64,000 nt of DNA, from NCBI GenBank assembly GCA_951406725.2, contig OX597829.1:28892001-28956000 (forward strand), written 5' to 3'. Origin of the DNA: Octopus vulgaris (lineage: Eukaryota). Made by a program: the position numbers and the translations under genes. Numbering within the stretch: position 1 is the first letter of the stretch; every line of letters starts with the position of its first letter. The notes beneath the pieces are model-generated. The model was given only the letters and a program-made list of their open reading frames with translations, searched no databases and was not told the DNA's origin. Below, one piece after another: positions 1-13,143 of the stretch.

Positions 1-113
1 CGGCAAGGTGGTGGTGGTGGTGGTGATGGTGGTGGTTGCTATACAGTGGAGCCAGGCATCTGTGGTTTGCAAAAGGGTTAATAATCAGAATAATCATACA
101 TAGACAAAAGGGA

Positions 114-605
114 TGTATGTATGTATGTATATATGTATGTATGTATATATGTATGTGTGCATGTATGTATGCATATGTGTATGTATGTGTGTGTATGTGT
201 GTGTGCATATGTATGTATGTATATGTGTTTATGTGTATGTATATATGCATGCATGTATGTATGTATGTATGTATGTATGTATGTATGTTTGTATATAACT
301 ATGTGTATGTATTCAAGTATGAATATGATTATATATGCATATATATATATATGTATGAATATGTGTGCATACATACAGACATGCATTCATTCATACATAT
401 GTGCATACATAAGTACGTACATACTTATATACATACATGCATGCACGTGTAAGTATGCATGTATGTATGTATTATGAATGTGTTTATGTATGTATGTACG
501 TATGTATTTATGTATGTATGTACGTGCGTGTTTTATTTTTTGATTCATAAATTTTTTAAATAACTATATTTTTTAAACAAATATATGTATTTATGTATGC
601 AAGAA

Positions 606-662
<57 letters not shown>

Positions 663-845
663 GCATTTACACACATATATGCACACACATGAACACACAC
701 ACACACATATATATATAAGATAAACTTACTTGGAAATGGATGTGTGGCATTCAATCATATAATATAAATAATATATATATATGTATGCATATATACATAT
801 ATATATATATGTACATACATATATATATATGTACGTGTACGTATA

Positions 846-902
<57 letters not shown>
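114..902. repeat. Compound microsatellite (ATGT)n/(GT)n/(TA)n
   Basis: Directly visible simple repeats; they explain all the YVCM/YIYI ORFs here. Confidence 0.95.
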
Positions 903-907
<5 letters not shown>

Positions 908-1110
908 ATCCAAACAAGAAAACACAGAAAAAAAGAGAAAAAAACACAGCAACGCAGGACGTGGAACAATTAAAGTATTATTGACGCTCAGGAAAGAAGG
1001 GAAGGAGGGTTTAACGTTTCGAGCGGAGCTCTTCGTCGAAAACAAGGAGAAGGAAAGATCCCAAGAAGGGAAGACAGAGGAAAAAATATTTGAGCTGGTG
1101 GTGCTCAAGA
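903..1110 (-). mobile_element. Short non-coding Penelope-like (PLE) tail element with degenerate minimal hammerhead motif (family H1, copy 1)
   Basis: Minus strand reads gttt-TCGACGA-a-GAGC-tcc-GCTC-GAAA-CG-TT-aaac (1043-1009). Homologous to 12344-12548 and 47320-47535; sits within a (TA)n-rich tract. Confidence 0.6.
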
Positions 1111-1195
1111 GATCACAGGGTACAAGACATCACAAAATGTAAACAACATGAAATACAAACTTGGGTATGTATATATCCATATATATATATATATC

Positions 1196-1910
1196 TATAT
1201 GATTGAATGCCACACATCCATTTCCAAGTAAGTCTATTTTAATAATTTTGACGCGACTCTCCCTTGTACTATTCTCTCTCTTTCCTCTTCAGTTTCTCTC
1301 TCTTCCTTTCTCTAATTCTTTTCCTTCCCCTTCTCCCCCTTTGGTTTTTCTCTCTCATCCTTTCTCTAATTTTTTCTCCCCTTCACCATTTTCTATCTGT
1401 CTCTCTCTCTCTCACACTCTCCCTCTTTCCTGTTTACTGTCTCTTGTTGCTCACACATGACCATCGTCCATCTTTCTTTTCATCATGTGATCATCTTTCT
1501 TTTCTTTCAGTCTCTCTTACAGACCAGACGCATTCTTATCTGTCTCCTCTTCTATCTTTTCTCTTGTCAAAGACTATATTCCTCCCGCTTTTTTCTACCC
1601 ATCTGGCCTAATGGTCCTCCATGTTATGCTTGGTTTTGTTGTATGTCTCCACTGTCCTGTATTTGTTACCAACTTTGACCCTCTGCAAATCTCAAATTTT
1701 ATTTTGGTTCACAGGAGCAACTATCTTTTGAAGCCTCATATTGTCATTAATTACTCGAAATGAGTAGCTGGACAGCCAACAACTGGTGAAGGGTCGTTCA
1801 TTATGTTACTTGGCTTGTTTCCCATTTGTTTCTCTCATTGTTTGCATACCCAAGTTTGTCTTCGTACTTCATGTTGTTTACGTTTTATGACGTCCTGTAC
1901 CGATATATGC
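1196..1910 (+). mobile_element. (TA)n-embedded non-coding repeat, probable PLE 3' tail (family H2)
   Basis: Its 3' part (gaaat..caactg(g/a)tgaagg..gtttac..tgacgtcctgt..atatatgcata) is homologous to 25233-25395. Its first 38 bp recur inverted at 724-761. Confidence 0.45.
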
Positions 1911-1944
<34 letters not shown>

Positions 1945-2070
1945 TATGTATGTATGTACATACATGTAAGTATATATGCATATATATATATGTTTTATTC
2001 ATATTATATATATACATATATATGTATGTATGTACATATATGTATATATGCATACATATATATATATATG

Positions 2071-2484
<414 letters not shown>

Positions 2485-2516
2485 ATATTATATTACTATA
2501 TATATATATACTATAT

Positions 2517-2550
<34 letters not shown>

Positions 2551-2589
2551 CTATATTAGTGCTCATTTATGTAGTTATGTATGTGTGTA

Positions 2590-3050
2590 GGTACTAGGCC
2601 ATAAATTTCAAGAAGAGAAACATTTACTTATATTTATATCAATATTTCACTGGGATTTTTTATTTTCTTGACTAGGAAGGGTGAAAGACAAAGTGGACCT
2701 CATTGGGATTTGAACTTAGAATGTAGAGAAAGGCTTTTGCTAAGCACTGTGAAGCCTTTTCTCCAATGTTCCAATGATTCTACTTACACACTGCCCATTT
2801 TTTGTACGGGTTAATGGTGTATCTTATTCAGTATCACACGTGTCATGGGATTAAAAAAGATGCTTCCACCAATCATCAAATATTGTTTCCACTGTAGGCA
2901 AATGGCTTGAAATTTTGGTGAAGGGAATTACTTAATTATATTGACATCCTCATCCCAATGCTCGACTGATACTTATTTCATTGACCTGAAAGGATGAAGG
3001 ACAAAGTTGACATCAGCAGAATTTGAACTCAGAATGTAAAGATGTATGAA
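2590..3050 (-). mobile_element. Two degenerate Nin-domain-like SINEs (family C)
   Basis: gaaaggatgaagg..aaagttgac..gaatttgaactcagaa is the reverse complement of the family C central domain and B-box region. Confidence 0.65.
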
Positions 3051-3057
3051 ATGTTAT

Positions 3058-3331
<274 letters not shown>

Positions 3332-3472
3332 CATACATACATATATATGACAGGCTTCTTTCAGCTTATATATATATATATATATATATATGTGTATGTA
3401 TATTTATACCCCAGTGTCACTTTGATGGCATGCACTGCTCTCTCACTCAATAATAATAATAATAATAATAAT

Positions 3473-4360
3473 GGTATAAACATGTGCCTAAGAAGGTACA
3501 AGACAACAACCAAATCACAATCATCTGGAATATGCTGGTTCAAACTGACAATGAAATAAAAGCTGATCACCCAGACATAATAATCAGGGATTGGGGGCAA
3601 ATACTTGCTTACTGATAGACATTGCAGTCCCTTCTGATGAAAATATTGTCCAAAAAGAAGTGGAGAAATTGTCAAAGTACAAAGACCTCAAAATTAAAGT
3701 ATTCAAGACGTGGAGCATGAAAGTGAAAACAATACCAATAATAATTAGAGTATTGGGCATGAAAAAAGACATGTGAACAAGAACATAGAAGCTATACCTG
3801 AATTCTCAATACTACACACTATCCAAAAAATACCATCCTATGGTATTCTGCGCCCTAAGAACTGGTATGAACACCATTCAGAGCCAGTCCCCACCCAGAT
3901 CCAGGGAGAGAATGTTATCATTCTATGGGATTATGGAATACATACAGCCAGGCAAATAAATGCTAACACACCAGATATTGTCATCAAAGATCTAAAACAA
4001 AAAAGCATGCCTGTTAATTGATTTGACAGTACCTACTGATAGAGAAATATCTCAGCGAAAGAATTTGAAAAACTGTCGAAATATAAAGACCTTGAGATTA
4101 AGATAGCTAGGACATGGCAATTTAAAACCAAAACCATCCTTATTATTGTAGGTTCCATGGGCATGATCAAGAGAGGTACTTACAAATTTTTTGACTAGAT
4201 CCCTGGGAAACCAGCAATCTATGAAACTCAAAAAAGTGTATTGACATCAACTGTCCACGTTCTCAAGAAGTTTCTCTCTATCTAATATATATATATGCTT
4301 TAGGTCTCTGGCTGAGACCTGATCAGAAGATGGAATAAAATGCAATTCAATCAGAAAACG
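3473..4360 (+). mobile_element. R4/Dong-clade non-LTR retrotransposon relic: two successive restriction-like endonuclease (PD..D..K) fragments
   Basis: Translations include CLLIDIAVPSDENIVQKEVEKLSKYKDLKI and WYEHH..ENVIILWDYGIHTARQINANTPDIVIKD, with frameshifts. Bounded by (TAA)n at 3449-3472 and 4361-4386, the target type known for Dong elements. Confidence 0.85.
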
Positions 4361-4394
4361 ATAATAATAATAATAATAATAATAATGTTATCAT

Positions 4395-4869
4395 GTTATC
4401 ATGTACATTGTTTTGTCTTGATATAAAAGATGGGCTACAGCAAATATTCTGCTCAGTACCACAGATTTGCTTGTCAGTTGTTTGACCATAACCAGTTGAA
4501 CATGTCCCTTGGTGGTTGATGATATGTGCATCTCTGATCCCGAGCAGAAGTAGTGGGGGAGCATCATCGCCGTGTGTTGAAAGGAATTCTTAGAGGTTTG
4601 GATAATTTACCTCTGGAAACAAGGGTGTTTCATTCAACATCCTTAAACAACCTTTATTCAGGGACCTTTTGAGCGGGATGGGTTACTTGACCAGAAAAAA
4701 ATTCTAACTGGGCCCCACCTGCAAGGTTATGTGCTATTTATCTTGATATGAAATCACCATGTCGCGCACACATGGTTGTGATGCATTTGTCTAGTGTACC
4801 TTTATCAGACGGGTAGTCATGATGCGTATACTGAACTTTGAATATTTTACCCCAGTGTCACTTTGATGG
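4395..4869. repeat. Unclassified interspersed repeat (also at 3402-3448 and 9308-9460)
   Basis: Shared aaatattctgctc..gatatgtgcatct..gtgttgaaagg and taccccagtgtcactttgatgg segments between the copies. Confidence 0.6.
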
Positions 4870-5014
4870 GTTTAGAATTTCAAGATGAGATATGAACTCA
4901 GAATGCAAAAATTCACAACGGCTACTACAAGACATCTTGTCTACCAATCCATGATCCTTGGGATTTAATACTTTATGTATTGATTCCAGAAAACTGAAAA
5001 GCAAAGGTCAGCAT

Positions 5015-5340
5015 CATAATTACCATCATCATCAACATCAACACCATCATCATCACCACCACCATTACCACTTTGAACACCACCACCATCACTATCACCA
5101 CCACCATTACTGCTACTCCTATCATCACTAGTTCTATCATTGCTATCATCATCTTCATCATCATCATTATCATCATCATCATCATCATCATAACCATTAT
5201 CATTATAATCATCATCATCATCACCATCACCACTATCAACACCAACACTATCACCACCTTCATCACCACCAATTCCCTCATCACCAATTCCATCATCCCT
5301 AATTCCATCATTGTTATCGTCGTCATCATCATCATTTATC
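5015..5340. repeat. Degenerate (CAT)n/(CAC)n microsatellite
   Basis: Direct inspection. Confidence 0.9.
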
Positions 5341-6029
5341 ATATAATGTTTGGTTTCCATGCTGACATGGGTTGGATAATTTGCCAGGTTTTTGATAGGT
5401 CAGAGGACTAATCAGTCACCCATCCATACTTCACTTTGGCATGGTTTCTACAGCTGGATCTCTGTTCCTAACACCAACCACTCTGTACAGTGTGTACATA
5501 CAGCTTCCTTTTACTTTTTCTTCATTTCACAGCACCAACACTAATGTTGGTGCCATGAAAACTTGCAAGGAAGGAAAAGTCTAAAGTGACCTCTATAACT
5601 GAAGGAGAATAAAAGAGAGAGGGGGGGTGAAGATCCTAGATAGAAGGAGGAGGGAATGGTAAGCAAGAGAAGAGGATAAAGGAATATGGTATGGAACTGG
5701 GGAGGGTGAAGGGATTAGTGAAGGTGGATAAAAAAAATGGAGTGGAGTTGTCAGATTCAAAGTTATAGTGCCAGAAAGACAGCACATGCTGGATAAAGCA
5801 CCATGCTGTATCCAGTACTCTGATGACTTTGCCAGCTTGCCACATGTGGTATGTGGTTCTGTATGAGTTATGTACCTTTATGCTCAGGTTTAGCCGTGTC
5901 ATCTATCCCTTATGAGGTCAATTGAGAAAAGTACCTGACAAAAGTTGTAGCAATCCAATACTGAACTATCCCATCACTTTGATGAAAGAGGATTCAGCAA
6001 GACACAGCTGTACAATATTTTTAGCTTGA

Positions 6030-6300
6030 TGTTTTACTACATTGCTTGATATGAGAATTCAGACCTTTCCTGGATTTGCAGACCCAGTCGCAGATGTTGC
6101 TGTCATGAACTCTGTTATCTGGGGATAGATTGAACCCAGCTCTAAGCTGAACTCTCTCTCTCCCTCTCTCTCTCTCCCTCTCTCTCTCTCCTTTTCAGAG
6201 TTTTTGGACTTGGCCACCTCAAAGTTATGGAGGAGGTGCTACAGCATGGTCACATGAGTGGGGAGGATTGTGGTTGACTGTTACTGTTACCATAACTGAG
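6030..6300 (-). mobile_element. RTE-type LINE C-terminal fragment with C2H2-like zinc finger
   Basis: Minus strand translates ..NICDWVCKSRKGLNSHIKQC, similar to the CxxCxRxCxSRIGLxSHxR tail of RTE ORFs. Confidence 0.5.
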
Positions 6301-7695
6301 CAATAAGGATGATGATGATGATGATCCATTTTTAGATTTTGCAACTATTTTCTTTGAAATATGATTTCAGTACTCTAATTTCTTCATGAGAACTATGTTA
6401 ACCTTTAGGAGACGACGGGGCCAGTCTATTGGCTGAAAAGTCAAATGACAAAGAAGATCGTATTAGCTCATTCAACTTTCTACAAGAATATATATAGTTT
6501 TATGCATGTAAAGTAATTATTTTTTATAATTTTTTTTTTAAATAAGTGCATGCCCTCTGTAGGGCTTGTGAAAAGGGCTCTGTCTTCTTGGCACTGAAAC
6601 TCCAAATAAGGTTCCATATCCAAACAGTTAAATAAGAACTTGAAGGACAAACAAAAGTAACCCGTCTGAAAAGGCCTCTGGAAAAAAAATGGTTAGTCCA
6701 TTTCATGGAATAAATGTGAAGTTGTACATTTAATGGAAATTTTTTTTTATATATAGAAATATTGCTTAGATTGGAAAAAAAAAAATTCTTCATCCTTCCA
6801 TTCTTCCAGTCAGTCAGATGAAATGTCCTTGAACTTCATGAAACTGATTAATGGTTAATATTTGATGCAATATGAAAGCAGTTCTTTGAAAACTGTAATA
6901 AGCTAAATAAGTTGTTGTTGTTGTTGTTGCAGTTGTTTTGCTAAAAGATGGTTTTTGTCACTGGTGTGATCGTTTTGCTACTTTTGCTGTTGTTGTTGCT
7001 GTTGATCTCAGTGTTGTTTTTATTGTTGTTGTTGGTATTGTTGTTGCCTGTTGTTGTTGTTGTTGTTGCAGTTGTTATTCTATTGCTTTTGTCATCATTT
7101 ATTGGTAGAGAGGTGGTTGTTATTGTTGTTGTTGTTGTTGACACTGTTCTGGTTAATGCGATTTTTGTTGTTATGAATGTTGTTGTTGATGATGAAGATG
7201 TTCCTTATGTTGATTATGACGTTGCTAGGGTTAATGTGGTTTTTGTTACTGCAGTGGTTGTTGTTGTTGCCAATGTAGTTTTTATTAGTATTGCAGTTAC
7301 TGTTGTTATTGTTTTGTGGTTGTTATTGTTGTTACAGAGTTATCATTCCACATACCCATCCATCCATCCATCTGTCCATCTACATTCTCTGCCGACTATT
7401 CCTGGGAGGGTGATGGGAGTAGTAGTGACTATGGGGCACCTTCAGCACAAGGAACCATCATTACACTTTCTTATTCCCAATCACAACCAAACAGCTGTTC
7501 CCCACCGGATCAGCTTTAAGCTTCTGGGACATGCATCACTCCCACTCCACACCTCCAAGAACATGTTACAGCCTAATTACTAATTGTGCCAGAATTGGGT
7601 GGAGTCCACAATATATTTTTTGAACAAACTACTCTGTCTTAGGACACTAACTATTTATAATTTAAAACCAGTTCCTCAGTTTTAGTGCTGTAGAA

Positions 7696-8134
7696 CCCTT
7701 TAGCATTCAGATTACTTTGTGAAAAGTAATGCTTATTCACATTGTTTTGAATTAATCTTGTATTACCTCATACCTCAGACATTTCAATGATGTGATTGTT
7801 TTAAGAATAACATTGTAGAGTAGGTTTGAGAGGCTGGATTTGGTTGGTTTGAACATTAAAACAGGTAGAATATTTCCGGTTGGACATGGCTACTTTAACC
7901 CTTTCGTTACCAACTTGGCTGAAACCGGCTCTGGCTCTGAGTACAAATGTCTTGTTTTCATAAGTTTGGAATTAAAATCTTCCACCAAACCTTAATCACA
8001 ATTTATGTTCCTAACACTAGCTGAATGATAACTAAGTTATTTTACTAACTTCTTTATTATATTTAAAGTAATTGAAAGAAACACAGAGCATCTCAGAATA
8101 AATACAGTAATGAAAGGGTTAAATGCTGAAGGCG
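7696..8134. mobile_element. Older piggyBac-type MITE hosting a nested MITE
   Basis: Left end ccctttagcatt; degenerate right end aatgctgaaggcg directly after the nested element. Confidence 0.55.
7899..8118. mobile_element. piggyBac-type MITE
   Basis: TTAA (7895-7898), TIR CCCTTTCGTTAC ... GTAATGAAAGGG, TTAA (8119-8122). Confidence 0.85.
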
Positions 8135-8199
8135 GAGCAACTTGAAGTAGATTAATAGATCTGGATTGATGGAATTTTATTTTAGTAAAGAGAGAAATA

Positions 8200-9060
8200 A
8201 AATTGAAGGAAAGTTAATAAGCAAACTAGAAGAAGCAAACAGATATCATGGCTGATGTGCTAACAGTGAGAAAGGCTATCAATAATTTCTTCAAGATGAA
8301 ACATGAAGGCTGCATTGTCAGCTTTAAAGCTCTTGTGCTAAAACAAAAAGATAATGAATATTGTTTGATGGGAATGAGTGGCAGTGGCACAATAGGGTAA
8401 TGAAGTTCCAATTTAGCCATGTACTATGCAATTTCAAATAGATGTGTGCGTGTCTATCCTATAGAATTTAGCTTGATTGTATTGAGTCAGATATGGTTGT
8501 GGACTTTAATGCTTACCTCCACAGCCTATTTCTACTCTCAGCACAAGACATGAGGAGCTGTGAAAGGCCAATAACAGCTGTTGAAACACAGAAGTTGGTG
8601 AATGACTGCATGAGGAACAACTCACTTAATTTGAATGATCTCCTCTATGACCTTTACTGTTATATGTCAGGCTTGTTCAGTGACCTGTTGGCAGATGTCT
8701 ACCACAGCTGACAGCAGAATGGGGGTAATTCTCAGTTGTGTGAGCCAAGTTGTGGTAACAATGCTGAGAAAGGGCACCAACAAGGAAAATGTTAAAGAAA
8801 ATTTTCAGCTCATGCAGAATTTAAAAGTTTAGTGGTAAGCAAAAAGTTTGGCATCTGTCATTGGGAATAAGTGAAGGAAGCAAAAACAAAGGCAATCACT
8901 GATAGATCCCTTCAGGGACAATCTCCATGTCATGAAATGTATCACAGTAGGAATAGGACATAAACCTGACATCGATGGAGTCCTGATGTGACCACCACTA
9001 CTTAATAGACATTCTGAAAGTGGCTAGTTTCAGACTCAACTTGAGTCTGCTTCCTGTAGA
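8200..9060 (+). mobile_element. L1/Tx1-clade LINE reverse-transcriptase N-terminal relic
   Basis: Broken frames give CERPITAVETQKLVNDC..DLLYDLYCYMSGLFSDLLADVY and QVVVTMLRKG, typical of the L1/Tx1 pre-RT/RT domain 0-1 region. Confidence 0.55.
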
Positions 9061-10189
9061 TTGTGATATGTTTAACTGATCAGGCTGCCATCTTTTGCCA
9101 ATGCCATTTGCAAGGAAGCTAGCAAATGATTGGTCAATAAGTGTTATTTCCTATTTGCTTCTATCTAGAAATTAAAGGAAGTGACTACTATTCCCTTCAG
9201 ACTTTGCCTTTGTCACCTGGACATCACTGTTTTGAAACCGACCTATTTTCCATTACATTTCAGACAAGTTCAGTGCTGTGTCACTGAAGTAGGGATATCC
9301 TTATAATAAATATTCTGCTCGATACCATAGATTTGCTCAACCTAAACCACTTAAGCATGTCATTTAGTAGCTGACAATATGTGCATCTTTGATCATAAGC
9401 AGGAGTAGTGGAGAACATCATAGACATGTGTTGAAAGGGATTCTTTAGGGTTTGAATTAATGTAGCAAAAACAAAATTTGAAGGAAACATTGGCCACTTT
9501 TCATAGTTTCTAGGTGTATGCAAATAGGAAATATCAGTTGCTACTTGAGGACAAAAGCTATGTAACCCAGTGTTATCAAAAACCTTCTAAGCCTCATGAT
9601 CATCATGTCTTCCTGTATATCTAAGGCCTATATTTATCTAGAGTATCCTTCTCCACTTTTTTATCCTACTTTTGTTAAAATGATCAGATGTCTGAGAAAT
9701 TTTGGCTGTGTTTTTTAGCTAATCAAACAGCGTGGTCTCCCTCATTGCTGGCATTGATGTTGCTGCTGCTGCTACCACTGCTGCTACTGCTACTGTTGCT
9801 GCTGCTGCTACTGCTGCTATTGATGTCACTAGTTCTGAATATTCATATAGTAAATAGCATGAAAAAAATAAAAATAAAAACTTGTGACTAACCTAGACTG
9901 GATAATTGCCTGTTTCAAGTTCAGATTGTGTTAATGTCCAGGAAGAGGGATTAGGAAATAGAATTTTTAATGTCAGTGTTTTTGTTACTAAAGTGGGAAC
10001 AGTGCAACATTTCTTTCAGTTTATTAGTTAGGCAATAATATGTTGTAGAGTTATCTAACTTAGCTCTGACATTTTTTCACTTGACCCCTAACTTCCTGTA
10101 AGCGTGACCCCACTTCCCTTCTCCCCACTCACACATATTGTCTTCACTATTATCAGTGCTCCCCCCCTCTCTCTCTCTTTCATTTTGTC

Positions 10190-10222
<33 letters not shown>

Positions 10223-10369
10223 CCCCTCTCTCCATCTCCCCATCTTTGTTTCACTCTCTCTCTCTCTCTCTCTGAAGAATTCAAAATAATTCATAGTGAA
10301 GCTATTTTAGATTGTAACATGTAATTATTACTGTGACCCTGTTAACATCGTATCTGCTAATGTCTCAAG

Positions 10370-10798
10370 AATACACACACACGCACACACACACACTCAC
10401 ACAAATACAATCCCCATATAACCCCCACACACACACACATGCACATACAGTCACACACACAAACACCTCCCCTGTACACACATATATGCATACATACATA
10501 GACAAATATAATGAAATGCAGTCATACATAATCTAACCTACACACACACATACACACATACACACACACACATACACACACATACACACACACACACACA
10601 CATACATAAATACACACGCATGTACAATCACATGCAAAATCACACCATAAAATCACAAACAACACAATCATCATACACACATATACACAACACACACAAA
10701 CACATACACACATGCACCATGCACATCATACACACAATTGTATACATGCAAACTTATAAACATGTATGCTACATACACTCATAAACTCACATGCATAC

Positions 10799-10851
<53 letters not shown>

Positions 10852-11010
10852 CACACAGATAGATACACATACATGCATGCTTACACCTACAAGTATAACC
10901 ATGTGTACAGTTGCATGCAAACATCACACACAACATACACACAAAACACACTACACAACACACACACACACACTCACACTCACATACACACACACTCGTA
11001 CTCACACATA
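10370..11010. repeat. Long degenerate (CA)n microsatellite region
   Basis: Direct inspection. Confidence 0.9.
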
Positions 11011-12197
11011 AAAAGATGCAAAAAAAAAAAAAACAACCACCAGAACAATGACCCATGTATTAGCAATGATGCTAAAAATACAGTAATGTAGCAACAATAA
11101 AAATTACAGAGAAGATACAGGAGATGATATGTTATTTCTTTCTTTCTTTCTTTCTTTCTTTTTCTTTGGATTTTCTTTTTCACAGTTATGAAGTTAATAC
11201 AAGAGATATTAATATACCCAGGGTATGTGGACAAAGAAACCAGAAGTAACAACAACAACAACAACAACAATAATTTCACTTAGCTGAAATTGACATCAAC
11301 ACACTGTGTACATTCAGAGTTTGACTTTGCCTTTCAGAAGTGTGGGTGTGCTGAATAAAACATTTAAGTTGTAAAATATCAGTGGGGTGACATAGTTCCA
11401 AGTCAAATGACTTCTCTAACAATAGATGAAGATTGTTGAAAGAAAAAAAAGTATCAAAATCTTCATGTTTTTAAATTTACATTTTTTATCGGGTTGTCAG
11501 ATAAAATTCATTCATTTTTTTACTCTTTCCATTTGTTTTAATTCTTTCCAATGTTTTTTTAATTAACTTGAAAAATATTTTTATTGTGGTGTTTAGAGTT
11601 GTCTCTTTTTTTTTTATGCTTGTTTGTGTTTTTTTTAAGCTCTGTTTTCCTTCTACAACTTTTGTTTATCATCTTTGAATTTTTATTTTTGGGTGGGTGG
11701 GGGGGAGATGACTTTACTAATATACACTTTAAAAAGTTGAAAAAAGAGGGAAAAGAAAAGATGGGGAAAGAATGGGGGTGGACAAAGCAGCAGAAGATGG
11801 AGTGAGAGAGGCAGTGAACCACATAACCCTTTTGAGACAAGTGCTGTGCTCAGCTACACTCTGCAGTGATGACCACAATGGCATTGTATGGGGAATGGCC
11901 AGCAACACTTACTGAAGTAGTCACACCACCTCTCGGGGGCTCAGAGATATACGCATGCGCAAATGAAGACCCATACAATAGAAATACAAAATGGCTGACG
12001 GTTAGTAAGGAGAGACACAAATAAGAAAGAAGAAAGCAAAGGACCACTGATGCAGTCACAGGAGTGTGATGAAAGAACTCTGACCGAAATAAGATTAAGA
12101 TTAATGTAAAAAATAAATAACACTGAAGCAAAGTAACACCAAATATATAGTGCATGTGTTTTTATTGGTTAAACTGGCAAAATGACCATTCCGAAAT

Positions 12198-12269
<72 letters not shown>

Positions 12270-12273
12270 ATAA

Positions 12274-12343
<70 letters not shown>

Positions 12344-12346
<3 letters not shown>

Positions 12347-12545
12347 AAAACACAAAAAAACACAACAATGTGAGGACATGGAACAAATATAGTATTATTG
12401 GACGCTCAGGAAAGAAGGGAAGAAGGAGTGTTTAGCGTGTTTCGAGTGGAGCTCTTTGTCGGAAACATAGGAGAAGGAAAGATCCCGAGAAGGGAAGGCA
12501 GAGGAAAAAAATCGCCAACGGTACACACGAGGTCATATTTTGAAA

Positions 12546-12548
<3 letters not shown>
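12344..12548 (-). mobile_element. Family H1 PLE-tail element, copy 2
   Basis: Minus strand gttt-CCGACAA-a-GAG-ctcca-CTC-GAAAC..aaac (12466-12430); between two (TA)n tracts; aligned by eye to 903-1110. Confidence 0.6.
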
Positions 12549-12589
<41 letters not shown>

Positions 12590-12615
12590 TCAACTTACAA
12601 TGAAAGTAAACAAAC

Positions 12616-12681
12616 AAAGTTTGCTTTAGAAGCATTGAGATATATTTTTCAATATATCTCAACGCTTCTAAAGCAAACTTT
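12616..12681. repeat. 31-bp-arm hairpin (1 mismatch, 4-nt loop)
   Basis: aaagtttgctttagaagcattgagatatatt-tttc-aatatatctcaacgcttctaaagcaaacttt. Confidence 0.9.
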
Positions 12682-13106
12682 ATACACGATACACGAATAA
12701 TTTATTCTCAAATGCTTGATAATGCTAATACAGTAGCATGAACAGGATAAACTATCCATATATTTCAGAAAAATTCATTACCATATGAGATATATTTCGA
12801 TGGCCTAACCCGAAAATATTTTTCAATCTCCCATCATCCTACACTAAAAATTTCTTTAAATATGTAAGTGTGAATTATTGTAAAAGTGGTTGGTATCTGA
12901 TACAGTAGCTATCAACCAATGTAATGTAACCTTAAATTTTCCTTTCTCTGATATTTCTTTGAACCTTGCAATCTATTTCCTTATTTCCTTGATGTAGGGG
13001 ACATTGTCAGTATGCAATTAAAGGATTCATACCTTGTAGACAAACAGACTCCAGAAACGGCCAATGAAATACATCTTATATCTACCTTCACCTCTCACTC
13101 CACCAC

Positions 13107-13143
<37 letters not shown>

